A DNA stretch of 50,788 nucleotides. Origin: Armatimonadota bacterium. GTDB lineage: Bacteria > Armatimonadota > UBA5829 > DTLH01. A program made the position numbers and the translations under genes. Positions 10,300 through 18,341 of this stretch are shown here, one piece after another. Position 1 is the first letter of the stretch. Each line of letters starts with the position of its first letter. The notes under the pieces are model-generated. The model was not told where the DNA came from. It did not search any database and saw nothing but the letters and a program-made list of their open reading frames with translations. The DNA lies in NCBI GenBank assembly GCA_016190935.1, contig JACPPP010000169.1, positions 1 to 50,788 of the forward strand, in the 5' to 3' direction.

Positions 10300-11473
10300 T
10301 GATGTACTCTCCAGTCCGCCTGTTCTTAGCGCGCAAGTCTCGAACCTTGTCCACGATCTGTTCGGCGGTGATGAACGTTGGGTCGAGCACGTTTATGCCG
10401 TGAATCTTATCCTGAGCGTTCGAAAGCCTCTCGACTTCCTTTCGAAGCTGCCCTACGTTCATCTCCGGAACGATCACGAGGTTCGCCCTCTCCAGCATAT
10501 TCTCCACCGGAATCTTGGGGAACGGCCAGACGATCATGGGGCGGAGCATGCCGGCCTTCACGCCGCACTGTCTCAGTATTTTCACGGCCATTCTGGCCGA
10601 GCGCGCCACCGACCCGTATGCGAAGATGCAAATCTTTGCATCCTCCATGCAGAACTCTTCGACCATGGTCAGGTCTCTGGAGTTATGGATCTCCTTATTC
10701 TTGAACTTCTCCAAGAGGGCGGAAATCTCGGATGGCTTCTCGGTCGGGAATCCGTAAACATCATGGGTGAGGCCGGTCACATGGAACCTGTATCCCTCGC
10801 CGAAGTTCGCCATCGGCGATACACCCGTAATGGAATCCTGATAATGCTGGTACCACTCGGGGGGCACCGTCGGCTTGATCCGGTCCACCACCTCCACTTC
10901 GTCCTGGCTCGGAAGGACCACCTTCTCGCGCATGTGGCCGACGATTTCATCCGAAAGCAAAACTACGGGAACCCGGTATTTCTCGGAGATATTGAAGGCC
11001 TTGACTGTGAGGGTAAAGCATTCGAGGACGGAACTCGGCACCAGGGCAACCGATGGGTAGTCGCCGTGAGACCCGTATTTGGCCTGCATTACATCTGCCT
11101 GAGAAGTCTTTGTGGGCAGTCCGGTGCTCGGGCCGCCTCGCATAACGTCGATGACAACGCAGGGTACTTCAGCCATCGCGGCGAAGCCTACGTGTTCCTG
11201 CATAAGGGAGAAGCCGGGCCCGCTTGTGGCGGTAAAAGATTTAAGCCCTGTAAGCGAAGCGCCGATTACGGCTCCGAGGCTTGCCATCTCATCTTCCATC
11301 TGGATGAACTTTCCTCCCACCAGAGGGAGTTCTCTTGCCATAACTTCGGCGATCTCGCTAGAAGGTGTTATCGGGTATCCTGCATAGAAGCGCGCTCCGG
11401 CGGCAAGCGCACCGTAAGCAACCGCCTCATTTCCTGATAGAAGTACCGGTTCGCCGGTTTTCACTGTGCTCAA
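10292..11473 (-). CDS. korA: 2-oxoacid:ferredoxin oxidoreductase alpha subunit
   Basis: GNEA, AGYPITPSSE, QMEDE, TATSGPGFSLM, RGGPSTGLPT; TTG start with GGAGG RBS. Confidence 0.93.
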   Translation of the reverse strand: MSTVKTGEPVLLSGNEAVAYGALAAGARFYAGYPITPSSEIAEVMARELPLVGGKFIQMEDEMASLGAVIGASLTGLKSFTATSGPGFSLMQEHVGFAAMAEVPCVVIDVMRGGPSTGLPTKTSQADVMQAKYGSHGDYPSVALVPSSVLECFTLTVKAFNISEKYRVPVVLLSDEIVGHMREKVVLPSQDEVEVVDRIKPTVPPEWYQHYQDSITGVSPMANFGEGYRFHVTGLTHDVYGFPTEKPSEISALLEKFKNKEIHNSRDLTMVEEFCMEDAKICIFAYGSVARSARMAVKILRQCGVKAGMLRPMIVWPFPKIPVENMLERANLVIVPEMNVGQLRKEVERLSNAQDKIHGINVLDPTFITAEQIVDKVRDLRAKNRRTGEYIIG

Positions 11474-11476
11474 GCG

Positions 11477-11803
11477 TCATACCTCCGGCTTTTCGCCATT
11501 CTCTTCTTTTTCGGTGACGTCGATAGCGAAGTCAGGACAGTGCAACACGCACAACATGCACCCTATGCATTTTTCCGGGAAAGTTGCTTCGGGGTTGCCG
11601 AACGTGTCGCTGGTCAGGACAGCTTTCGGACAGAAAGCGACGCAGAGTCCACACTGCTTACACCATGCGTCGTAGATGCTAATATCGTAGCTGCCGGCCC
11701 TGCTCTGCGCTTTTCTCTCCATGGCGCGTTCCGCGCCCTCATTCTGTGGGGTTTCAGGCGCTTTCGCTGGGTCAGCCTTGACAGGTGCCATAGATGACTC
11801 CAT
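11477..11803 (-). CDS. korD: 2[4Fe-4S] ferredoxin, delta subunit of 2-oxoacid oxidoreductase
   Basis: CKQCGLCVAFCP and CIGCMLCVLHCPDFAI. Confidence 0.9.
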   Translation of the reverse strand: MESSMAPVKADPAKAPETPQNEGAERAMERKAQSRAGSYDISIYDAWCKQCGLCVAFCPKAVLTSDTFGNPEATFPEKCIGCMLCVLHCPDFAIDVTEKEENGEKPEV

Positions 11804-11916
11804 ATTTGGATCTGTTAGATCATCTTTTTGCCGTCGCCCCGCCAGGCGTTCTCTTGGGCGGGAGAATCCGCGGTTTAAGGGTACGTGACGAGGCGCTTAA
11901 AATCGGTCACACATCT

Positions 11917-11945
11917 AGTATGAACCTCAAACCCATTTTTGTCAA
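11917..11945 (-). promoter_or_regulatory. Sigma70-type promoter for the kor-sdh-suc cluster
   Basis: Minus strand TTGACA-17 nt-CATACT. Confidence 0.7.
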
Positions 11946-11956
11946 TAGCCAGGCAT

Positions 11957-11996
11957 CTCGAATTATTTACTCGTTCCTCGTGAATAATTCGGGTTA
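11957..11996. repeat. Palindromic element, family ATTCAC-N9-GTGAAT..GGTTA
   Basis: ctcgaattatttac-9 nt-gtgaataattcggg. 26 bp (11970-11995) are identical in inverted orientation to 30794-30819. Confidence 0.8.
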
Positions 11997-12005
11997 GAGT
12001 TGAAA

Positions 12006-12920
12006 TCAACCTCTGGTTGCGCTGCCGCGCACCTCTGGGCCCTCCACGAGGGCACGCACAAACTCTCTCGCATCGAAATCTTCGAGCTCTTCCATCCGCT
12101 CGCCGGTTCCGATGAGTTTGATGGGAACTCCAAGCTCGTCCTTTATTGTGATTACGATGCCGCCCTTCGACGTGCCATCGAGTTTCGCAAGGGCTATCGC
12201 CGTGACATTTACCGCAGCAAGGAACTCTTTGGCCTGATTGATGGCGTTCTGGCCGGTAGTTGCGTCCAAAACCAGGATCGTTTCATCCGTCGGATGTCCG
12301 AGAGCCCGCTCAACCACCCGGCCCATCTTCTTCAGCTCCTCCATAAGATTCGTTCTTGTGTGGAGCCGACCAGCCGTATCCGCAATAATGTAGTCTGCGC
12401 CCCTGGACTTTCCGGCCTGCAGCGCGTCGAAGAGGACGGCGGAAGGATCGGCCCCGGGCTGGTGCCTTACAATGTCCACCCCGACCCGCGAGGCCCATAT
12501 TTCTAGCTGATCTATCGCTGCGGCCCGAAAAGTATCGGCAGCCGCAAGCAGCGCCTTCTTGCCTTGTTTCTTGAACCGATATGCGAGCTTGGCTATGGTA
12601 GTAGTTTTCCCAACACCATTTACTCCGACCACGAGGTAGACAGTGGGAGGCTCCGGTGCGGTGGCCAGGCGAGCGTTGGCATCGGCTTCGAGTATATCTA
12701 TCAGCGATTGCTCCAGCCTGTCCCTGACGTGTGAGACCTCACTCAAGTGCTCGCGCCGCGCAGCCTGGCGCAGTTCGTCCACGACCCTGGTGGTTGTGTG
12801 TATGCTGATGTCGGCCTGCACCAGGATTTCTTCGAGATCATCGAAGAGTTCATCATCGACCGCCCGTCGGCCCGTAAGCAACTGATCTACTTTTTGAAAT
12901 ATTCCTCTGAAAACTCTCAT
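12006..12920 (-). CDS. ftsY: Signal recognition particle receptor FtsY (NG domain only)
   Basis: GVNGVGKTTT, AADTFRAAA, DTAGRLH, LDATTGQN, KLDGTSKGG. Probable ATG at 12920 with RBS. Confidence 0.97.
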   Translation of the reverse strand: MRVFRGIFQKVDQLLTGRRAVDDELFDDLEEILVQADISIHTTTRVVDELRQAARREHLSEVSHVRDRLEQSLIDILEADANARLATAPEPPTVYLVVGVNGVGKTTTIAKLAYRFKKQGKKALLAAADTFRAAAIDQLEIWASRVGVDIVRHQPGADPSAVLFDALQAGKSRGADYIIADTAGRLHTRTNLMEELKKMGRVVERALGHPTDETILVLDATTGQNAINQAKEFLAAVNVTAIALAKLDGTSKGGIVITIKDELGVPIKLIGTGERMEELEDFDAREFVRALVEGPEVRGSATRG

Positions 12921-12961
12921 CCGGCTCTCCACATAAAAAGAAGCAGCCCACAAAGGGCCGC

Positions 12962-12983
12962 TTATCCACATAAGATTATACCA
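12962..12983 (-). promoter_or_regulatory. Extended -10 promoter of ftsY with an adjacent perfect DnaA box
   Basis: Minus strand TGgTATAAT at 12975-12983; TTATCCACA at 12962-12970. Confidence 0.4.
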
Positions 12984-13063
12984 AAATTCCTGTAAGGATT
13001 CAGGGTGGAGTTGGAGTTATACTTAAGCTCCAGACTATCGGAACCGCGAAGTACGGAAATGCC

Positions 13064-15562
13064 TTACCTCTTGCCGGCTTGAATCATTCTATACACCAAC
13101 CCACCCGGCTTGCACGGGGCCGAAATGTCCTGGCCGAGAACAGCGGCTGGGGCGCCCCAGAGGCACATGATCATATAGTAATCCGTGCCCAGCCCCGGGC
13201 TTCCGGTTTCTGCGTTCAAGGCCTGTCGTCCATCCCAGGTGTAGGCAAACCTGCACGAGTAGACTTCCTGACATTTTCTAAGAAGATCCAGCCCGAACTC
13301 CCTCTGTCCTTCATACATGTAGGCCATGGCAAGATAGTAGACGGTGAAATTTACATAGTTGTAAGTTCCGTATCCGCCTATGTCTTTGATGGCTGTGCCT
13401 TCGGGGCTCACATAGTTGGGAGGGATGCCCAAGTCGCCCACTGTGCAGCCTTTGTCCTTGATCGTCTGCAGCACTGTGGCGACGCGATCTTCCGGGAATG
13501 CTCCCGCCAAACCATGCGAACGGGCAAAATACTGGCCGTCCAACTGGATGGTGAATATCGCATCTCTGCGCCGGCCTGTCTCAGGTTCGTGATAACAGAG
13601 GTAGTAGCTGCCATTCCATAGATACTGCTCGAGAGCATCGGCCCCGGCCTTGAGCACCGCATCGAGATTCTTTGCATATTCCACATCTCTCATCTTCTCA
13701 GCCCACCGGCGCATCATCCTCGCCTGTGCCATGCGGAGACCACCTGCGTGTGAGACATAGCCGTAATATGGCAGGTCCTCGAACCATTCCGTATCCTCCG
13801 GGCCTTCACCGGTGTCGGTATTCTGTGTAGGCATAGCAGCGATCTGCGAGAGTCCGTAGTTGGGCCGCAGGTTCATCGTCCATTCCATATTCCGTTTGGC
13901 CGAGTCATAGAACTCTTTGAAGAACTTGTCATCTTGTGTCACCAGATAGTAGCGGTCAAGCCTTATCATATGATTAGGGCCATTAGTCACAGACTGCCAG
14001 CCCCGACCAGGTTCCACTAACTCCCAGTAACCTGTGCCACAGGCTATTCCGTCAGCAAACCTGGCACAACAGCCGCCAAGATTCCACGGCGGGCGTCCGT
14101 CCGGGAATTGGTAAGCCTTTACTGCTCGTAAAGTCGAGCGTTCCAACTCTGGGAATAAATACACCAGTGGAAGAGTCCCGACAGCGCTGTTTGGAGACGT
14201 GTCCATCTGAGAGCAGCCTCGTGGGGACTCATTGAGCGCGTAGATGCCGTCTTCCGGCTTGCACCAATCGCCGATAGGAGGTTTGGCCTGAGCCCAGATG
14301 CCAGTCCTTGTTATCATATGCAGGTTGTTTATCAGGGAATCTGCCAGCCAACCAGGCAGCTCGGGCGAGTTATAAACCTCCTCCTGCCACCGAATAATAC
14401 GCTTGAGCAGTTTCTGGTGGTCCTTCACTAGACGCTTTGCTACAGCCACAGCATCAGGATAGTACTTTGCGTACATATGGGTGTAGCTGTTTCCGCCAGT
14501 GTCGGGCCGTCCCCCTCCATTCCACTCCGGTGCATACCATGCAAGCACATATCGGACTACCTTCTCCTCCCTCGGCTTCAGGTCGAAGTCCACAGCAAGA
14601 GAAGCGCCACCAGTCTCTGGCGCGGTATTGGGAAGTCTATTCTGGATACTACTCCACTTCCTGCCGTCCGTGCCGAGTTCCCCTCCCGTTCTGATCTTGT
14701 CGTCGCCTATCACTGCCAGCACATAGCTCATCTTCCAGTTGAGGTCGTTAACCCACACTCCTGCAGGAGTTCCCGACAGCGCCTTGCGCACTATGTTGTG
14801 CGATGGGAGATTGGGACGGCTCGGATTCGGGGCGCCAACCCATACCGGCCCCTTCCGGTCCCGTTTAGTCTTGTGCGAGTCAAATCCGGGAAAGCTGAAA
14901 GCAATTGTGCCCGTATGCCTGGATTGTGTATGATTTCTCAGACGCACCTCGAAAACCGCGCCGGGAATATTCGAGTCAGCCACGTCTCCAGGGATGAAAG
15001 GCGCCCAAGCACGGAGTCCTACCGAGACCGGGGCATCCGTCTGATACTCCAGATCAGCAATAGGATAGTGCCCCCAATAGTCTATCGACCGCGCCTTCTC
15101 CACCCCTTCGAGCGCCAGATCCGGGCCGAATTCCGAAGGCTCGCGGCCTGTCCCAATGTAGTTCTTGGTCTGACCTGTTGTTAGGACCCACGTTCTGCCG
15201 CCAACGCTTATGCCCAGGATAGGAGTGTTGATCGGGCCGCCCCGAGGCGTCAGGTGATTAAAGATCGAGCTAAGACCCAGAGTGCCTGCCGTCTCCAGGT
15301 CCAAACAACCCGTGGCAACGCCACCGAGGGGCATTCCAGACGGAGGACGAGGATCACCCCTGTAGATGATGCCCGTTACCGGTCTGGTATAACCCACCGC
15401 GTTGAACTCTGACCATTTCGCCGCAGGCAGTCCGGCAGGAAACAGTGTCGCGCCCACGGCGTGGCTGCTGACGCAGACTCCGCCCACCAAAACGACAACG
15501 ACCGCTCGTAAGAACTGCTTTCCAAAAATATTTCGTAGTCTAAGAATCCTCATTTTCATCAT
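13064..15562 (-). CDS. Secreted GH116-like glycoside hydrolase (subtype A)
   Basis: Signal peptide; GBA2_N motifs GMPLGG, HYPIADLEY, AWAPFIPGD..S.IPG, YVLAWY; C-terminal (alpha/alpha)6-type region with QLDGQ. Confidence 0.85.
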   Translation of the reverse strand: MMKMRILRLRNIFGKQFLRAVVVVLVGGVCVSSHAVGATLFPAGLPAAKWSEFNAVGYTRPVTGIIYRGDPRPPSGMPLGGVATGCLDLETAGTLGLSSIFNHLTPRGGPINTPILGISVGGRTWVLTTGQTKNYIGTGREPSEFGPDLALEGVEKARSIDYWGHYPIADLEYQTDAPVSVGLRAWAPFIPGDVADSNIPGAVFEVRLRNHTQSRHTGTIAFSFPGFDSHKTKRDRKGPVWVGAPNPSRPNLPSHNIVRKALSGTPAGVWVNDLNWKMSYVLAVIGDDKIRTGGELGTDGRKWSSIQNRLPNTAPETGGASLAVDFDLKPREEKVVRYVLAWYAPEWNGGGRPDTGGNSYTHMYAKYYPDAVAVAKRLVKDHQKLLKRIIRWQEEVYNSPELPGWLADSLINNLHMITRTGIWAQAKPPIGDWCKPEDGIYALNESPRGCSQMDTSPNSAVGTLPLVYLFPELERSTLRAVKAYQFPDGRPPWNLGGCCARFADGIACGTGYWELVEPGRGWQSVTNGPNHMIRLDRYYLVTQDDKFFKEFYDSAKRNMEWTMNLRPNYGLSQIAAMPTQNTDTGEGPEDTEWFEDLPYYGYVSHAGGLRMAQARMMRRWAEKMRDVEYAKNLDAVLKAGADALEQYLWNGSYYLCYHEPETGRRRDAIFTIQLDGQYFARSHGLAGAFPEDRVATVLQTIKDKGCTVGDLGIPPNYVSPEGTAIKDIGGYGTYNYVNFTVYYLAMAYMYEGQREFGLDLLRKCQEVYSCRFAYTWDGRQALNAETGSPGLGTDYYMIMCLWGAPAAVLGQDISAPCKPGGLVYRMIQAGKR

Positions 15563-15585
15563 TTCCTTTCCTTAGGCGCCTCAGT

Positions 15586-16398
15586 TTATGACTGCCGTGT
15601 TATGCTGAAGTCAATTCCATTGAGGCCAGCCAATGTTGCGGACGGATCCCAATAAAATCCGACGCAGATCCTGTCGCCTTGCGACACCGAGATGTTGCGT
15701 AATTTGGAAGCGTCAGATCCCAGTATCTCCGCAAAAGTCGCAGGATTGCTCGAATCACAGTTATCTTCCCAGAGAGGAACTACGAAATCGGCAAAGATGA
15801 CTTCATCGGCCGCACCAATACCATTTGAAGCCCTGTCTATCCAAAGCCGGACTCGCGTCCGCCGTTTGTCGGTGTCCCAATACTGCCCTGACTTCCATCT
15901 CGCAGTCCAGACTCCGCCCGAAACGCTGACCGTCATAGGCTCCGGCGCGGTCCAGACGGCTGCGGTCATCACTTCCTTACCTTTTTTCGCATCCGGGCAG
16001 GTGGCCGCCGCTACCCTGCCTAACGGCCAATCATATTCAGTTCGGTCTATATTCCCCGGAATGTTGCCGCCGCCAACGTTCTTGCCCATCATCGGCATTC
16101 GAGTTGTCGGTGAATCGCCAAGCCACCACCCTTCAATGCCGAATGCGCCGCTCCATCGGTTTGAATGAGTAAAGCGCATGGCTCTGTTGAATGCTCTCCA
16201 ACTCCAGTCGGGGTTGAACCCCACGGAATAAACACCCCATGCGCTGTCCGGGCCGAAGGGTATCCCGCTCAGAGTCTTTCCTTCTAGGCTCCAATCGGCC
16301 GCCATGTCCCACTTTTGGACAGCCTGGGCCGGCGCCGGGCCAATCACGACGGCCAGAACTATGGCTGCTTTCACCATGAGTCGCAGTCTTTGCCTCAT
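15586..16398 (-). CDS. Secreted uncharacterised Trp/Gly-rich beta protein; paralog of 36852-37652
   Basis: Sec signal (..PAQA). Shares WxxxxDWxLEGKTLxGIPFGPDxAWGVYSV, YDWPxGRVAA and KRRTRVRxWIDRAxNGIGA with its paralog. Confidence 0.8.
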   Translation of the reverse strand: MRQRLRLMVKAAIVLAVVIGPAPAQAVQKWDMAADWSLEGKTLSGIPFGPDSAWGVYSVGFNPDWSWRAFNRAMRFTHSNRWSGAFGIEGWWLGDSPTTRMPMMGKNVGGGNIPGNIDRTEYDWPLGRVAAATCPDAKKGKEVMTAAVWTAPEPMTVSVSGGVWTARWKSGQYWDTDKRRTRVRLWIDRASNGIGAADEVIFADFVVPLWEDNCDSSNPATFAEILGSDASKLRNISVSQGDRICVGFYWDPSATLAGLNGIDFSITRQS

Positions 16399-16457
16399 AT
16401 TCTAATGCTCCTTTCTGAATCGGTATCAATCAAACGCACTGACTAACCTCCATCTGA

Positions 16458-18341
16458 TTACGGGAAATACGGAAAGTGATTTCCCGATGGACTTACCTTA
16501 ACGACATAGTTGCCCCGCCAGTGGACTGTGAAAGTCTCAGGGTGCCGGGTCTTCACGCGTTCCTTTGTGACACGCTCCTTAACCGGGAAACTAACTTCGA
16601 TTATATCCCCCTTTGCCACACTGCCAAGAGCCACGTATTGGCCCGCCTTGTCAAGATGGTCCTCCGCGCTGATTTCCCTGCCGGCGACGGTAAAGGACAT
16701 CTCCTTAGGCTTCAGACAGGTTGGCACACGCACGAATACCCTGGCATCCCGCCGGAGTTTGATTTCCGACTGGCCTGAGACCGGGAGTCTTGTTTTCATC
16801 TCTACGTGAGGTGAGGCGCGGTTTATGAAGTAATTTATCCTTACCTGACCGTTCGTAGAATGAATCGCGTCGCGCCAGCCGGAGTAGAGGCCACGAACGC
16901 CCGCATAATGGCAGCAGGCCGCGAGATCCAACTCCAGGTTCCCTTGCTCATTGGTCCGAACCAGATCCTCCGGAATATGGCTCGCAGGCCAGGCGCCGTC
17001 GAACCTCCGAGCCGTGCCCAACTGCTCCTCCACGTCGCCTTTATACTGTCTTGCAAGGAACTCCAGCAATCTCGGTGTAATCAAGATTTGCGAGCGTGCG
17101 ATTGTGTTAACAGTCATTGCCTCCACATCGTCGTGCAGGTTGACCCAGTGGCGAAAATCAGGAGCCAAGTCGGCGCATGAGGCCATTGCCTCCGCCAGTT
17201 CTATCATATCCGCTGTGCAGCAGGTCTCGGTATCGTCACTCAGCAGTCCAAGCCCTATTCGTTCAGGACCCCAGCCAACAAGACTGGCGCGGCCCGGATT
17301 GTCTTTAGAGAACATCCATTTGTAAATCTGCCCAACACGGTTTAGGTATCGCCTGGACTCTTCGAGTCGGCCGTGCGCAGCCAGGTAGCGCGAAAGCTTG
17401 ACGACACCTATGAGCGTTGCTGTCTTCGAGTGGTAGTGCCCGACAAATGAACCCTCTGACCCAAACCGGAAATAGCTCTTCACGTTCTCACTCTCAACTA
17501 TATCTCCCTGATGGCCGCCCATCTCACAGTTGGCAAAGCAGATGGCCAGATCAAGCGCCTTGCGGTCATCAGTCAGTTCAACATACATCATCAAAGGTTC
17601 GATGGCCACGCCGGCGCGATTGTAGCAAAAGTAGCTGTCGGGGTAAGGCTTGCCTGGTTTGTCGTTCTCAAAGTCGTCGCTGGGCCACCCTGCATAAGCT
17701 CCCCAGGTTGGGTCCTCGCCCCGAATAGTTGCGAAGCGATCCAGACCTCGGATCATACGGTCGATCCGAGGTCTCAGAAGGCTCCTGTCTTTTGCCGAGA
17801 CCTCATACCAGCGTACCAGCGCCCGGAGGGTCTGGCCCTGGTCCCAGGTGTGATAACGATAAATACCCTTTTCGGTGTCCGAGAGGTCCGGTATGTATAC
17901 CAGCCCGGTCTCGGGATGAAGCAGAGACAGGAGGAACTTGCGCTGGCCCTGCTCGACTTCCAGTCCGGTTGTCTTGTCCCCGGTCATTTCGCGAAGCCAC
18001 GTCCAGGCCAAGACCGCGCGGGCAGTGCAATCACCCAGATCCCATTGCGCGTGAGCTCTCTTTGCCTTGGGCCAAAGCTTGCTGTCGAAGACAGCCCTGT
18101 AGTAGCCTTCGGGGCCTGGTATGCGTCTAGGAGCCTGCGACATGAATCCTTCGAGAGCTCGCCGAGCCCGCGCTGTGAGATCAAGCGGCTGCATGAACTC
18201 CTTCAAATCCACATCGAAACGTTGTGCGTCAGCTTTCTCCTCCGCATTCCGAAGATCTGTAGCTGCCAGCTTCAGCACTCCGGTCACCAACAGAAGAGAT
18301 GTCAGAGCAACGATCGTTCGAATGATACTAGCGTTTCTCAT
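16458..18341 (-). CDS. Secreted GH127/GH146-like cysteine glycosidase (beta-L-arabinofuranosidase family, divergent)
   Basis: ETCC and ACCH (Zn/Cys site), GH motif, C-terminal beta domains (VRVP...GD.IEVSFP). ATGA overlap with the GH95 stop. Confidence 0.7.
   Translation of the reverse strand: MRNASIIRTIVALTSLLLVTGVLKLAATDLRNAEEKADAQRFDVDLKEFMQPLDLTARARRALEGFMSQAPRRIPGPEGYYRAVFDSKLWPKAKRAHAQWDLGDCTARAVLAWTWLREMTGDKTTGLEVEQGQRKFLLSLLHPETGLVYIPDLSDTEKGIYRYHTWDQGQTLRALVRWYEVSAKDRSLLRPRIDRMIRGLDRFATIRGEDPTWGAYAGWPSDDFENDKPGKPYPDSYFCYNRAGVAIEPLMMYVELTDDRKALDLAICFANCEMGGHQGDIVESENVKSYFRFGSEGSFVGHYHSKTATLIGVVKLSRYLAAHGRLEESRRYLNRVGQIYKWMFSKDNPGRASLVGWGPERIGLGLLSDDTETCCTADMIELAEAMASCADLAPDFRHWVNLHDDVEAMTVNTIARSQILITPRLLEFLARQYKGDVEEQLGTARRFDGAWPASHIPEDLVRTNEQGNLELDLAACCHYAGVRGLYSGWRDAIHSTNGQVRINYFINRASPHVEMKTRLPVSGQSEIKLRRDARVFVRVPTCLKPKEMSFTVAGREISAEDHLDKAGQYVALGSVAKGDIIEVSFPVKERVTKERVKTRHPETFTVHWRGNYVVKVSPSGNHFPYFP

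Noticed and set aside
3305-12995. Long plus-strand ORFs (e.g. 3305-4036, 5888-6802, 9505-10302, 10166-11437)
   Set aside because: Antisense shadows of well-supported minus-strand housekeeping genes; no motifs.
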